Positions 17,724 through 28,409 of a stretch of DNA of 48,897 nucleotides are shown in pieces (the first letter of the stretch is position 1; each line of letters starts with the position of its first letter). The translations under genes and the position numbers were made by a program. The notes below the pieces were generated by a model. That model was given only the letters and a program-made list of their open reading frames with translations, was not told the DNA's origin and did not search any database. The DNA is taken from the sequence record SRR22947725_1116. The stretch is one strand, 5' to 3'.

Positions 17724-17730
17724 GACTCTA

Positions 17731-18660
17731 TTATTTAAGCTTGATTAGTTGATAAGCATTATTAAAATCTTTAATTGAAACTACATTTTTACCAGCTAGC
17801 TGAACCCTTTTTAAGCTTAGTATTCCAACACCAGTTGCAATATGACAAACCTCTTTATTTTGCTCAATGACTGTACCTGGAGGCTTAGAAGTTTCAATAG
17901 GTATCACTTCAGCTTCAATAATTCTTAGGACTTTTTCTTTAAATTCATTAGCTTCTGCATTGCTTTGTGCAATAGGTCGAGGATTAAAGGCTCTAATCAT
18001 CTGGTTAATATTTTCCGCACTCTGATTCCATTCAATTTGTGCCTCAGCCTTTAAAATCTTTTTTGCATAGGTTGCTTTTGAGTGCTCTTGAATCTTAGCG
18101 TCTAGTTCTGAAAGACAATCAATTGCCTCAACTATAAGTTCAGCGCCCATCATTGATAAAGAAGCTGTCAGCGAGCCTGATGTCTCAAACTTTGAAATAG
18201 ACTGCTTTCTTGTCAAAAGAACATCTCCAGTATCAAGACCTTCGTTCATTTGCATTATGGAAATTCCAGTTTCTTGGTCGCCTGATTGAATTGACCTCTC
18301 AATTGGCGCTGCCCCTCTCCATCGAGGAAGAAGCGAAGCATGAATATTTAAACATCCTAGTTTAGGTAATTCTAGTACATCTTTGGACAAAATGTGGCCA
18401 TAAGCTGCAACAACTATTAAATCTGGCTTAAGGGAGGTAAGCTTTTTGAGGTTTTGTTCATTACTAAAATTTTCAGGCTGAATCACTTCTAAGTTACTCT
18501 CAAGGGCATAGAGCTTAACTGGGCAAGGAGTTAAGACTTTTCCTCTTCCTTTAGGTCTATCTGGCTGACAATAAACAGCGATAATCTCATGATTAGAATT
18601 GTGAAGGTGAGATAGTGCTTTGACCGCAAAATTGGGCGTACCTGCGAAAACTATGCGCAT
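17731..18660 (-). CDS. fmt: Methionyl-tRNA formyltransferase
   Basis: FAGTPNFA, QPDRPKGRG, NIHASLLPRWRGAAPI, GLDTGD, TYAKKI. Confidence 0.97.
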   Translation of the reverse strand: MRIVFAGTPNFAVKALSHLHNSNHEIIAVYCQPDRPKGRGKVLTPCPVKLYALESNLEVIQPENFSNEQNLKKLTSLKPDLIVVAAYGHILSKDVLELPKLGCLNIHASLLPRWRGAAPIERSIQSGDQETGISIMQMNEGLDTGDVLLTRKQSISKFETSGSLTASLSMMGAELIVEAIDCLSELDAKIQEHSKATYAKKILKAEAQIEWNQSAENINQMIRAFNPRPIAQSNAEANEFKEKVLRIIEAEVIPIETSKPPGTVIEQNKEVCHIATGVGILSLKRVQLAGKNVVSIKDFNNAYQLIKLK

Positions 18661-20045
18661 TACTTTATAGCGTTGCGACCAGCTTTAATGGCAATCAGGA
18701 TTTGCTCAGGAGAGGTTCCACCTATATGATTACGTGATCGAATAGACCCCTCTAGTGAAATCACTTCAAATACATCATTTTCGATAGATGTATCAAATTC
18801 TTTTAACTCATTTAAAGTAAATTCACTTAGATCTTTATTTTCTTTGATTCCAAAGGCAACAGCTTTACCGACAACATCATGAGCATCCCTAAAGGCCAAA
18901 CCTTTTCTAACAAGATAGTCTGCCAGATCGGTAGCAGTGGTGTACCCCTTAATTGCTGATTGATACATATTATCCTTATTGGCTTTAATTGTAGGCACCA
19001 TTTCAGAAAAAATACGGAGGCAAGAGTAGATTGTTTCTACGCTATCAAAGAGCGGCTCTTTGTCTTCTTGATTATCTTTATTGTAAGCTAATGGTTGGCC
19101 CTTCATCAAAGTAAGAAGAGCAATCAAATTACCATTAACCCTTCCTGTTTTTCCTCGAACCAGCTCTGGCACATCTGGATTTTTCTTTTGGGGCATAATC
19201 GATGAGCCCGTACAAAAACTATCAGGAAGAGCAATAAATTCAAACTGAGCGCTAGACCAAAGAATGAGTTCCTCGGAAAACCTAGAGAGATGCATCATGA
19301 TAAGGCTCGCATTTGAGGCAAACTCAATTGCAAAGTCACGGTCACTAACGGCGTCCAAAGAGTTCAAGCTGATACGCTCAAAGCCCAAGAGTTCAGCGGT
19401 TCGTTCACGATTAATTGGATAACTCGTTCCTGCAAGGGCAGCACTACCAAGAGGCATTGTATTGATTCGCTTAAAGCTATCCTCAAGACGTTCTTTATCA
19501 CGCTTAAACATTTCGAAGTAGGCTAATAGGTGGTGCCCAAAACAGATTGGCTGAGCAGCCTGAAGATGAGTAAAACCAGGCATAATAGTCTCATTTTCTT
19601 GTTCGGCAAGATCGAGAAGGGCATGCAGAAGTTTTTGAAGTTCATTCTGGATGCGCTGAACATTATCTCTTAGATAGAGCCTAATATCTGTAGCAACCTG
19701 ATCATTTCGAGAGCGCCCAGTATGAAGTTTTTTACCTGGCTCACCACAAATCTCTGTTAATCGAGACTCAATATTCATGTGGACATCTTCAAGATCAATT
19801 GACCAGGTAAATATTCCTGAAACGATCTCTTGTTTTACTTGTTCAAGCCCTTTTATAATCTTCTTAAACTCGTCACTGGTTAGCACTTTAGCTTCCATGA
19901 GCATAGTTGCGTGCGCTATAGAACCTTCAATATCATAGAGCGCAAGGGTTTTATCAAAAGCAACAGATGCACCAAATATTTTGACAAACTCATCAGTTGG
20001 CTCATTGAAACGGCCACCCCATAAATGATTTGTTTTAGAAGTCAT
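18660..20045 (-). CDS. argH: Argininosuccinate lyase
   Basis: [35 protein letters not shown]. Start at ATG 20045 ([11 protein letters not shown]) preferred. Confidence 0.97.
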   Translation of the reverse strand: MTSKTNHLWGGRFNEPTDEFVKIFGASVAFDKTLALYDIEGSIAHATMLMEAKVLTSDEFKKIIKGLEQVKQEIVSGIFTWSIDLEDVHMNIESRLTEICGEPGKKLHTGRSRNDQVATDIRLYLRDNVQRIQNELQKLLHALLDLAEQENETIMPGFTHLQAAQPICFGHHLLAYFEMFKRDKERLEDSFKRINTMPLGSAALAGTSYPINRERTAELLGFERISLNSLDAVSDRDFAIEFASNASLIMMHLSRFSEELILWSSAQFEFIALPDSFCTGSSIMPQKKNPDVPELVRGKTGRVNGNLIALLTLMKGQPLAYNKDNQEDKEPLFDSVETIYSCLRIFSEMVPTIKANKDNMYQSAIKGYTTATDLADYLVRKGLAFRDAHDVVGKAVAFGIKENKDLSEFTLNELKEFDTSIENDVFEVISLEGSIRSRNHIGGTSPEQILIAIKAGRNAIK

Positions 20046-20265
20046 TCTATTTTTACTCTCTATTAAATACAAATTCAAATTACTGCACATTATTCCAGCA
20101 TATGGAAGATAAGTTACTGAAAATGATATAAAAAGCTTTTTTAAGTAGATATTTAAAGTGGATATATTTCAAAGCTTTCACCACAATATTGTCCTAATAA
20201 CCCACATTATCAAGAAACACTCGATAAAATATTGGTGAAATTGATATTTTGGAGAAATCAAAGCA

Positions 20266-21174
20266 GTGCTTAGAATTGCAACACGCAAAAGTCCACTGGC
20301 TCTTTGGCAGGCAGAGTTTGTTAAGTCAAGGCTAGAGCATTTCTATCCTGAGTTGAAGATAGAGTTAGTAAAAATGACGACTCAGGGTGATAAGATACTT
20401 GATACTCCCCTTTCAAAAATTGGCGGCAAAAACCTTTTCATCAAAGAGCTTGAAATTGGAATGATGGAAGGTAGGGCTGATATAGCAGTTCATTCAATGA
20501 AAGATGTTCCCTATGAATTACCAGAAGGCTTTGTTGTTGGAGCTATTCTAGAGCGTGAAAATCCATTTGATGCTTTTGTTTCAAACCATTTCAACAGTAT
20601 TACAGAGCTTCCAATTGGTTCACGAGTTGGCTCATGCAGTCTAAGGCGAATCGTCCAACTAAAGGCATTGAGGCCAGACTTAGTTATTTTAGACTTAAGA
20701 GGAAATGTCAATACCCGCCTACAAAAACTTGATGATGGTGAGTATGATGCAATCATTCTGGCTTGCTCAGGTCTTATTAGGCTTGGTTTTGAGGATCGAA
20801 TAAGACAGCATCTTAACGCTCAACAATCGTTACCAGCCGTTGGACAGGGCGCCCTTGGAATTGAGGTAAAAGAAAACGATAGTCAAATTATCAAGCTTTT
20901 AGAGCCACTCATTCATAAGAAAACGATGGATGAAGTAAGTGCTGAAAGAGCTATGAATGCATCACTTCAGGGAGGTTGCTCGGTTGCAATTGGTGCTTAT
21001 GCTACAAGCAATGGGAGTAAATTAAACCTTAGAGGCATGGTTGGTAATGTTGATTCTGGGGAAGTGATAAGGGTAGATGAGCATGGTGATTTGAGCCAAC
21101 CAAAAGATTTGGGCGAACGAGTAGCCAATAAGCTTTTATCTTTGGGTGCAAGAAAACTATTAAGCGGAGTATGA
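20266..21174 (+). CDS. hemC: Hydroxymethylbilane synthase (porphobilinogen deaminase)
   Basis: IATRKSPLALWQA, AVHSMKDVP, LRGNVNTRL, LPAVGQG, GGCS. Confidence 0.97.
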   Translation: MLRIATRKSPLALWQAEFVKSRLEHFYPELKIELVKMTTQGDKILDTPLSKIGGKNLFIKELEIGMMEGRADIAVHSMKDVPYELPEGFVVGAILERENPFDAFVSNHFNSITELPIGSRVGSCSLRRIVQLKALRPDLVILDLRGNVNTRLQKLDDGEYDAIILACSGLIRLGFEDRIRQHLNAQQSLPAVGQGALGIEVKENDSQIIKLLEPLIHKKTMDEVSAERAMNASLQGGCSVAIGAYATSNGSKLNLRGMVGNVDSGEVIRVDEHGDLSQPKDLGERVANKLLSLGARKLLSGV

Positions 21175-21175
21175 T

Positions 21176-21466
21176 TTGATCTTGTCTGATGAACAACTAG
21201 TGCAATTTTTAATAGAGCTTGCTGAATGGCGTATAAAAGATGAAAAACTATTTAGAGTTCTTCGCTTTAAAGACTTTAATAAAGCTATTGAGTTTATGAA
21301 TCAAGTTGCAATCACTGCAGAGGCAATGGATCACCATCCTGAGTGGTCGAATATATACAATAAAGTAGAGATATATCTAGTGACTCATAGTGAGGGCGGA
21401 ATTACGCAGCTTGATATTGATTTAGCGAGAGAGATTGATTCTCATTTCAGTACTTTTAAGCTCTAA
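21176..21466 (+). CDS. phhB: Pterin-4-alpha-carbinolamine dehydratase
   Basis: FKDF..A..FM..VA..AE..DHHPEW.N.YNKV.I...TH..GGIT..D..LA. Confidence 0.92.
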   Translation: MILSDEQLVQFLIELAEWRIKDEKLFRVLRFKDFNKAIEFMNQVAITAEAMDHHPEWSNIYNKVEIYLVTHSEGGITQLDIDLAREIDSHFSTFKL

Positions 21467-22416
21467 TCAAATAAAGCGTTGACAAAATCTTTTGCATTAA
21501 AAGGCTTTAGATCTTCAATTGCTTCCCCAACTCCAATATAGCGAATAGGCAACTTTAAGGAATCTGATATTGAGAATAAGACGCCACCTTTCGCTGTGCC
21601 ATCTAGTTTAGTGATGGCTAGACCTGTTAAATTAATGGACTTGTGAAATTCATTGGCTTGTTGAATGGCGTTCTGCCCTGAGCCTCCATCAATCACAAGA
21701 AGGGTTTCATGAGGCGCATCCTCATTATGTTTTTTAAGCACTCTCTTAATTTTTTCAAGCTCTTGCATTAAGTTATCTTGAGTATGAAGTCTTCCCGCTG
21801 TATCAGCAATTAATATATCAATATCTTTAGCAATTGCTGACTGATAGGCATCATATACAACCGAGGCTGCGTCAGCCCCTGTTTTTTGAGCGATGACGGG
21901 AATATCATTTCTCTCACCCCATACCTGAAGCTGCTCAACCGCAGCCGCTCTAAATGTGTCTCCAGCTGCAAGCATAACTGATTTACCTTCACCTTGAAAT
22001 AACTTTGCAAGCTTACCAATAGTTGTCGTTTTTCCAGCACCATTTATTCCCACCACAAGAATGACAAAAGGATTGTTAGAGCTAGGCTGTAATAGACTTT
22101 CCTTGATTAATAACGACTCTAGTTCCTCCTTAATCAGCTGATAGAGGCTATCCTCATCTTTTAATTCCTTTCTGGATGCTTTTTTTCTAACGACTTCAAT
22201 TACTTTATCAGTTGTTTGGATTCCAATGTCTGATCCAATTAAGAGCATTTCCAACTCTTCAAGGAGGTCTTCATCAATCTTTTTTTTGCCAATAACAAGT
22301 GAAGAGAGGCCATCACCAAGCTTTTTTTTGGATTTAAATAGCCTTTCCTTAAGCGAAGTTTTATTTTTTACTTCCTGAGGATCTTGGCTTTGAGTTTTTT
22401 TAAAAAAATTTAGCAT
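21463..22416 (-). CDS. ftsY: Signal recognition particle receptor FtsY (short form)
   Basis: GINGAGKTTT, DTFRAAA, DTAGR, TKLDGTAKGG. Start at ATG 22416 (MLNFFKK) preferred. Confidence 0.96.
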   Translation of the reverse strand: MLNFFKKTQSQDPQEVKNKTSLKERLFKSKKKLGDGLSSLVIGKKKIDEDLLEELEMLLIGSDIGIQTTDKVIEVVRKKASRKELKDEDSLYQLIKEELESLLIKESLLQPSSNNPFVILVVGINGAGKTTTIGKLAKLFQGEGKSVMLAAGDTFRAAAVEQLQVWGERNDIPVIAQKTGADAASVVYDAYQSAIAKDIDILIADTAGRLHTQDNLMQELEKIKRVLKKHNEDAPHETLLVIDGGSGQNAIQQANEFHKSINLTGLAITKLDGTAKGGVLFSISDSLKLPIRYIGVGEAIEDLKPFNAKDFVNALFD

Positions 22417-22569
22417 TCTATAAAACTGTATGTTTGATATCAAATTTTACTCTGTGATAAGTCATAAGATAAATTAATGAGTAAATGATAAATAAACTAA
22501 TCTTTGCGAATATCCGACATAATAACCGGTCAAAAACGGTATTATGATTTATATTTTTTTTGGATTATT

Positions 22570-22995
22570 ATGCTTTGGGTTAAGGCCATACACGTTTTTG
22601 GATTTGTTTCTTGGATGGCAGGAATGTTTTACTTGCCTCGGTTATTTGTTTATCACTCGATGGCGGAAGATGCGATCAGCATAGAGCGCTTTAAGGTTAT
22701 GGAAAGAAAGCTTTACAACGGCATCATGATGCCAAGCTTTATTTTAACCACTATAATGGGTCTATGGATGCTTCAGAGCTATGCCTGGGAGGTTTACAGT
22801 AGCATGTATTGGCTTAAGACTAAGCTGTTTCTTGTGGCTATTCTTATAGCGTATCACTTTTACTGTGGGCATCTAGTCGGCGTTTTTGCGGCTGATAAAA
22901 ATAATAAGTCTCATGTTTTTTTTAGGTGGTTTAATGAATTTCCAGTCGTTTTCCTGATTTCTATTATCATCCTCGCAGTCGTTAAACCTTTTTAA
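22570..22995 (+). CDS. hemJ: Protoporphyrinogen IX oxidase HemJ
   Basis: WVKAIH...SWMAGMFYLPRLFVYH, MERKL, RWFNEFP, VVKPF. Start at ATG 22570. Confidence 0.94.
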   Translation: MLWVKAIHVFGFVSWMAGMFYLPRLFVYHSMAEDAISIERFKVMERKLYNGIMMPSFILTTIMGLWMLQSYAWEVYSSMYWLKTKLFLVAILIAYHFYCGHLVGVFAADKNNKSHVFFRWFNEFPVVFLISIIILAVVKPF

Positions 22996-23003
22996 GGACT
23001 TTT

Positions 23004-23660
23004 ATGAGTATTTCTGAAGATACAGAAGAATTAAATTCATATATTAATGAACGAGTTGATATTGATTCCGTTGCCACTTTTAAAGGGAATGAGCATATAG
23101 TCAAGCTTAAGCTTAAGTTTGATATTGAAAGCATTAGAGGGGCTCTTGATCATGTCAAGTCGACCTCGGAGTTCAAGACTGCTGCGTCTGGTTTTCATGC
23201 GCTTGCGATGACGCGAAGGAGAGATGGTACAGCAGACTCTGACAAAGATTTAGTGGGCCGCTACTATACACGTGTTGATGACAGCTACGAGGAGATAGCC
23301 AAAGATGAGCTGGTTGATGAATCATTATTTAGCGAGCTTGTTGATATCTTTAAGGGGACTTACTTTGAGACAATCTACAAAGAATTAACGGCACGCTACC
23401 CCATTGGAAGAGTCAGAATACTTGAAAAAGATAGCTATAACTGTAATTCTTGGCATAGAGACCCAGAGCCTAGAATTCATATTCCCATTTATACTAATCC
23501 AGGCTCTTTATTTATAGTCAACCACCACTGCACCCATCTACCTGCTGACGGCTCAGTTTATTTTACGGATACGCGTGGTTACCACACAGCTCTAAATGGC
23601 GGAGAGCATCCCAGAACACACCTTGTCGCCACGCTAGCCTATCCTGAGTACCAGCCTTAA
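23004..23660 (+). CDS. Hypothetical protein with aspartyl/asparaginyl beta-hydroxylase-like (Fe/2-oxoglutarate oxygenase) motifs
   Basis: GRVRIL...WHRD...RIHIPIYTNP...GSVY...HTALNGG..PRTHLV: an HxD...H triad plus a distal Arg; AAGGA SD. Confidence 0.65.
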   Translation: MSISEDTEELNSYINERVDIDSVATFKGNEHIVKLKLKFDIESIRGALDHVKSTSEFKTAASGFHALAMTRRRDGTADSDKDLVGRYYTRVDDSYEEIAKDELVDESLFSELVDIFKGTYFETIYKELTARYPIGRVRILEKDSYNCNSWHRDPEPRIHIPIYTNPGSLFIVNHHCTHLPADGSVYFTDTRGYHTALNGGEHPRTHLVATLAYPEYQP

Positions 23661-23672
23661 ATCTAAATCAAT

Positions 23673-24743
23673 ATGAATCAATACAAAAGAAATAGTAGTC
23701 ATTCTCGAAAAAATGAATTTAAAAATCTTATTGATTTTAGAAGTGACACCGTAACTCTTCCTTCTAAAGAAATGTTATCAAGCATTCAAGAAGCCAAGAT
23801 GGGTGACGATGTATATGAGGAGGATGATGAGGTTAATGAGCTGCAGGAATATGCAGCTAACTTATTAGGAAAAGAGGCAGCCTTATTTTTTCCAAGTGGG
23901 ACTCAAAGTAATTTAACGGCAATGCTCTCTCATTGCCAGCGTGGTGATGAGGTTCTCATTGGAAAAAACTACCACACCAATGTTTATGAAGCGCGGGGAG
24001 TTTCTGTTCTAGGAGGTGTAGGTATTTGTCCCATTGAAACTTCTGATTCAGGTTCGATGGAAGTTGCTGACATGCTTGGTGAAATTAAAGATGATGATCC
24101 GCATTATGCAGTCACTAAATTACTTTGCTTAGAAAATACTATTTCAGGTAAAGTTCAGCCTCAAAATCATCTTGAAGTCCTAGCTAATGCTGCCCATAAA
24201 AAAAATCTTAAAGTGCACTTAGATGGTGCTCGGCTTTTTAATGCTCATATTTATACGGGTGCCTCAATGGAGAGCTTAACAAACTGTTTTGATAGTGTTT
24301 CAATATGTTTATCTAAAGGCCTTGGAGCTCCTATTGGCTCCTTGCTTATTTCGGATCAATCTACCATTGATAAAGCCCGCCGTCTCAGAAAAATGCTTGG
24401 CGGAGGAATGAGGCAAGTTGGAGTAATTGCTTCATGCGGAATGTATGCATTAAAAAATAATGTTAAAAGACTTCACGAAGATCATGATAACGCAAAACTT
24501 CTTGCTGATGGGTTATCATCGATTTCAGAGTTATCAGTTGATTATGCTAACAATCAAACCAATATGGTATTTGTCAATTGTCCTAAAAAGCATAGAGATT
24601 CTCTAGAAAAATTCCTATTGGATAGAGAAATCATGATCTCTAATCTGGATAGGGGGCGGTTAGTATGCCACCTTGGTATAGAGGAAAAAGATATAGTGTT
24701 TGTGATTGATTCTTTTAAAAAATACTTTAAAAAGACTAGCTAA
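23673..24743 (+). CDS. ltaE: Low-specificity L-threonine aldolase
   Basis: [52 protein letters not shown]. Confidence 0.94.
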   Translation: MNQYKRNSSHSRKNEFKNLIDFRSDTVTLPSKEMLSSIQEAKMGDDVYEEDDEVNELQEYAANLLGKEAALFFPSGTQSNLTAMLSHCQRGDEVLIGKNYHTNVYEARGVSVLGGVGICPIETSDSGSMEVADMLGEIKDDDPHYAVTKLLCLENTISGKVQPQNHLEVLANAAHKKNLKVHLDGARLFNAHIYTGASMESLTNCFDSVSICLSKGLGAPIGSLLISDQSTIDKARRLRKMLGGGMRQVGVIASCGMYALKNNVKRLHEDHDNAKLLADGLSSISELSVDYANNQTNMVFVNCPKKHRDSLEKFLLDREIMISNLDRGRLVCHLGIEEKDIVFVIDSFKKYFKKTS

Positions 24744-25497
24744 GAATCTGATTTAAAAAGGTTTTTGTACGTTCATTTTGAGGATTATTAAAGAATTCTT
24801 CTGGCGTATTTTGCTCGACAATCTCACCGCCATCCATGAAGATGATTCTATCCGCAACTTGCCTTGCAAAGCCCATTTCATGAGTCACACAAATCATTGT
24901 CATCCCACTTTTTGCCAGCTCAATCATAGTATCCAAAACTTCTGAGACCATTTCAGGGTCTAGTGCAGAAGTTGGCTCATCAAAAAGCATAACTTTAGGT
25001 TCCATACATAAGCTTCTTGCAATCGCAACCCGCTGTTGCTGTCCACCTGAAAGCTGCTCGGGGTATTTATCAGCTTGCTCAGGAATCTTTACTTGTTTAA
25101 GAAGTGCCATTGCTCTTTCTTTTGCTTCGTTTTGGTCAATACCTCTGACCCAATTAGGTCCTGCCATACAGTTCTCTAAAACTGTTAAGTGGGGAAATAA
25201 GTTAAAACTTTGAAACACCATGCCGATATCTTGTCGAATAATATCAATATCTTTCATAGTCTCATGAAGCTCAATATCTGCGACATGTATCTGGCCTTCT
25301 TGGTGCGCCTCTAATCGGTTAAGACATCTAATTAAGGTAGATTTTCCTGAACCTGAAGGGCCGCATATTACAATTTTTTCTTTTGGATTAATCTCTAGAT
25401 TGATATCTTTAAGGGCCTGAAAATCTCCATACCATTTATTGACTCCTTTTAAAGAGATGACTGGCTTTTCATTTTTTATACTATCATTCATAGTCAA
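24736..25497 (-). CDS. Polar amino acid ABC transporter ATP-binding protein
   Basis: [45 protein letters not shown]. Confidence 0.95.
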   Translation of the reverse strand: MTMNDSIKNEKPVISLKGVNKWYGDFQALKDINLEINPKEKIVICGPSGSGKSTLIRCLNRLEAHQEGQIHVADIELHETMKDIDIIRQDIGMVFQSFNLFPHLTVLENCMAGPNWVRGIDQNEAKERAMALLKQVKIPEQADKYPEQLSGGQQQRVAIARSLCMEPKVMLFDEPTSALDPEMVSEVLDTMIELAKSGMTMICVTHEMGFARQVADRIIFMDGGEIVEQNTPEEFFNNPQNERTKTFLNQILS

Positions 25498-26459
25498 GTT
25501 TTTTGTTGATATTTTCTTTCAATACGCGCCTGAATCATCTCTAGAATAATCGTTAAACCCCAATAAATCATTGCGGCTGTTAGAAGCATCTCCATGTGCC
25601 TAAAATCTCTTTGGCCTAGGGTTTTAGCAAGGTACATCAACTCCCATATTCCGAGCACAGAGACCAATGAACTATCTTTAAGCATTGCAATAAATTGGTT
25701 TCCAGTTGGAGGAACTATAATTGGGATCGATTGAGGTAAGATAATTTTTCGTAGAATGAGACTGGACTTAAAGCCTAAAGCTCTTGATGCTTCCCATTGT
25801 CCTTTAGGTATGCTTTGTATACCAGCACGAAAAATTTCAGTCATATAGGCACCATAACAAAGTGAAAGTGCTGCAATTCCTGAAGGAATAGCATCAACCA
25901 TAAATCCTAGTTGAGGTAATCCTTTATAAATTAAATATACTTGAAGAAGAAGTGGAAGGCCTCTAAATAAGGATGTATAAAAACTGGCGATAGCATAAGC
26001 GAAGCCATTATTGGATAATTTCGCTATTGCGCCAACTATTGCAATAGCAGTTGCTATAACAATTGATACTGCTGAAATATATATGGTGGTAAATAGGCCT
26101 TTGGATATCATGAGGCCAATTCTGCTTTGAATGAATGAGAGTTTTAAATCAAATGAGTATGCAAACGCAAGAAACAAAAGAAATAACTCTATCCACACAA
26201 TGAAAATTTGTACTTTTATTCTAGTTAAACTAATTGCAAGTAGATTAAGTACAAAAATTACTGATAGGACAAACGAGACTACAAGCCTTCCAAAAAGACC
26301 ACTTTCTTTAGGATTTCCAATGACTGGACTAAGAAATTCACCAAAGATTGTGTTGGTGAAATTAAAGGCAAAGAAAAACGCCAATACCGTTACTGAGAGT
26401 CCGATAAGGAAAGCTGGCTTATGCAGCGCCTTATCTTCAACAACGGTATCGACGAACAT
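25494..26459 (-). CDS. Polar amino acid ABC transporter permease with N-terminal membrane extension
   Basis: [46 protein letters not shown]. Confidence 0.93.
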   Translation of the reverse strand: MFVDTVVEDKALHKPAFLIGLSVTVLAFFFAFNFTNTIFGEFLSPVIGNPKESGLFGRLVVSFVLSVIFVLNLLAISLTRIKVQIFIVWIELFLLFLAFAYSFDLKLSFIQSRIGLMISKGLFTTIYISAVSIVIATAIAIVGAIAKLSNNGFAYAIASFYTSLFRGLPLLLQVYLIYKGLPQLGFMVDAIPSGIAALSLCYGAYMTEIFRAGIQSIPKGQWEASRALGFKSSLILRKIILPQSIPIIVPPTGNQFIAMLKDSSLVSVLGIWELMYLAKTLGQRDFRHMEMLLTAAMIYWGLTIILEMIQARIERKYQQKT

Positions 26460-26505
26460 ACCTTTTTCTAAAGCTTAAGTAAAACTTTTACTAATAATAT
26501 CTATA

Positions 26506-27363
26506 TTAGTATGCAGTAGTGTAGTCGTTAGAGCTACCATCTGCATTCTTAAACCACTTCATTGACAGAGAAGTCAACGTGTAGTCTTTTTGCATTTCTG
26601 TAATAATTCTAGCAATCTCAGCATCTAGCTCAGCATCACTATTACCTTTATCAGTTGCAACTGAAAGAGGCTCATAGAAAGCAGGATCACCTAAGAACTT
26701 GATTGGATATCCAGCTTCGATTGCATTTTGAATCATTGGAACAGAATCAATAATTCCGTCATTACGAACACCAGCACCTAGGCGAGTATCATCTAAACAA
26801 GCAGAACCATCAACTAGAGATGTGATTGTTCCTGGAGTCACCTTGTATGTAAATGCTGGAGCATCTAACATATCAAGACTTCCTTGAAGATACATTTCCC
26901 AAGTTGAAGCTGCTGTAGTACAAACATTCTTACCATTTAAGCCGGCTAATGTAGTTACAGGTGAACCAGTATGAACGGCAAATGCAGCTGGCGTGTAATA
27001 GTATACAGCTGGGAAGTTTAGAACTTCAGAGCGACTTGCAGTTGGAGTCATTGACCCAACTGATACATCCCAACGCATATTCCAGTTACCAGAAGTAATA
27101 ACATCCCAAGCAGGTGTTATGAATCGAGCTTCAACTCCCATACGCTTAGCAATTTCTCTGCCGACATCTACATCAAAGCCTTCCATTTCACCCGCATCAT
27201 TAATGTATGAGAAAGGTGCCCAGTTTGCATCGGTTGCAATCATTAATTCATTATTGTTTTTAATGTAATCATAAACAACTCCTGCTTTAGCAGTCATTCC
27301 TATTGATAGAAGTGCTACTGCAAAAACAATTGATGACTTTTTAAAGCCTAACTTAATACTCAT
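26506..27363 (-). CDS. Polar amino acid ABC transporter substrate-binding protein (family 3)
   Basis: Signal peptide ending AKA; WAPFSY, GFDVDV..EIAKRMG, SMTPT..R, LSMKWF; AAGGAG SD. Confidence 0.92.
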   Translation of the reverse strand: MSIKLGFKKSSIVFAVALLSIGMTAKAGVVYDYIKNNNELMIATDANWAPFSYINDAGEMEGFDVDVGREIAKRMGVEARFITPAWDVITSGNWNMRWDVSVGSMTPTASRSEVLNFPAVYYYTPAAFAVHTGSPVTTLAGLNGKNVCTTAASTWEMYLQGSLDMLDAPAFTYKVTPGTITSLVDGSACLDDTRLGAGVRNDGIIDSVPMIQNAIEAGYPIKFLGDPAFYEPLSVATDKGNSDAELDAEIARIITEMQKDYTLTSLSMKWFKNADGSSNDYTTAY

Positions 27364-27470
27364 TTATCTCTCCTTTATATGTTTAAGAATTTATGAACCT
27401 ACAATTGTACACATATTTTGAAATGAATCTAGTCATCAAAACAGATTAAACAATAAAAAAATGAAGCGTT

Positions 27471-28370
27471 TTATGCTTTAAAAACCCCTGTAGAAAGGTA
27501 TCTGTCCCCGCGATCACATATGATTGTAACAATCACAGCATTATCAACTTGTTTAGAAAGCTCAATGGCAGAAGCAACCGCGCCACCAGCAGATATGCCA
27601 GAAAAAATACCTTCATGAATAGCAAGATCTCTTGTTGCTTGCTCAGCACTTGCCTGTGAGACATCCATAATTCTGTCAATACGAGATGGATTGAAAATGG
27701 TTGGAAGATACCCCTCAGGCCACCTTCTAATGCCTGGTATATGGGAGTCACCATCAGGCTGTATACCTACAATTTGAATGGATGGTTTTTTTTCTTTAAG
27801 ATATTTAGAAACACCCATAATGGTACCTGTAGTACCCATTGAACTTACAAAATGAGTAATTTCACCGTTCGTATCATTCCATATTTCTTTTGCAGTGGAA
27901 GAGGTATGGGCATTTGGATTATCTTCATTAGCAAACTGATTGAGTTGAAGCCCTTTTCCATCTTGACTCATCTCATTTGCTAAATCTCTAGCACCTTCCA
28001 TACCGAGCTGCTCAGAAACAAGGATTAGTTCAGCACCATAAGCTGTCATCGCATCCCTTCTTTCTTGCGATAAGTTTTCTTGCATAATAAGGATCATCTG
28101 GTAGCCTTTGATTGCTGCAACCATAGCAAGTGCAATTCCTGTGTTTCCACTCGTAGCCTCTATCAAGGTATCTCCAGGCTGAATTTCACCTCTCTTTTCA
28201 GCTTCAGATATCATTTTGAGAGCTGCACGATCTTTGACTGAGCCGGCAGGATTATTCCCTTCTAGCTTGCCAAGGATAATATTTGAAGGGTTTGGATTTA
28301 ATCTTTGAAGGCGAACTAGTGGCGTTCCACCAACACATTGATCAATTGTTTTGTAGGGCTGTTTGCTCAT
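27471..28370 (-). CDS. cysM: Cysteine synthase B
   Basis: KLEGNNPAGSVKDR, EATSGNTG, SSMGTTGT, IPGIRRWP, CDRGDRYLSTGVF. Confidence 0.95.
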   Translation of the reverse strand: MSKQPYKTIDQCVGGTPLVRLQRLNPNPSNIILGKLEGNNPAGSVKDRAALKMISEAEKRGEIQPGDTLIEATSGNTGIALAMVAAIKGYQMILIMQENLSQERRDAMTAYGAELILVSEQLGMEGARDLANEMSQDGKGLQLNQFANEDNPNAHTSSTAKEIWNDTNGEITHFVSSMGTTGTIMGVSKYLKEKKPSIQIVGIQPDGDSHIPGIRRWPEGYLPTIFNPSRIDRIMDVSQASAEQATRDLAIHEGIFSGISAGGAVASAIELSKQVDNAVIVTIICDRGDRYLSTGVFKA

Positions 28371-28409
28371 AAATCTTAGATAGTATCATAAACTTATAGC
28401 CTTAAAAAG

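Larger units (their letters stand above)
5142..17730 (+). other. Probable accessory catabolic island (CocE/NonD hydrolases, M81 peptidase, peptide ABC transporter, XRE regulator)
   Basis: All genes are co-oriented, sit between convergent core genes trmL and fmt, and are bounded by a short direct repeat; the block contains a deletion remnant. No integrase seen. Confidence 0.6.

Noticed and set aside
5142-17730. Active mobile element (prophage, ICE or transposon)
   Set aside because: No integrase, transposase, terminal inverted repeats or tRNA target is visible; only a short boundary repeat.
21176-21466. Phenylalanine hydroxylase system
   Set aside because: No phhA in the window; stand-alone PCD genes are common.
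24736-27363. Ectoine transporter EhuABCD serving doeA
   Set aside because: It is 23 kb from doeA, has one permease rather than two, and I see no Ehu-specific evidence.
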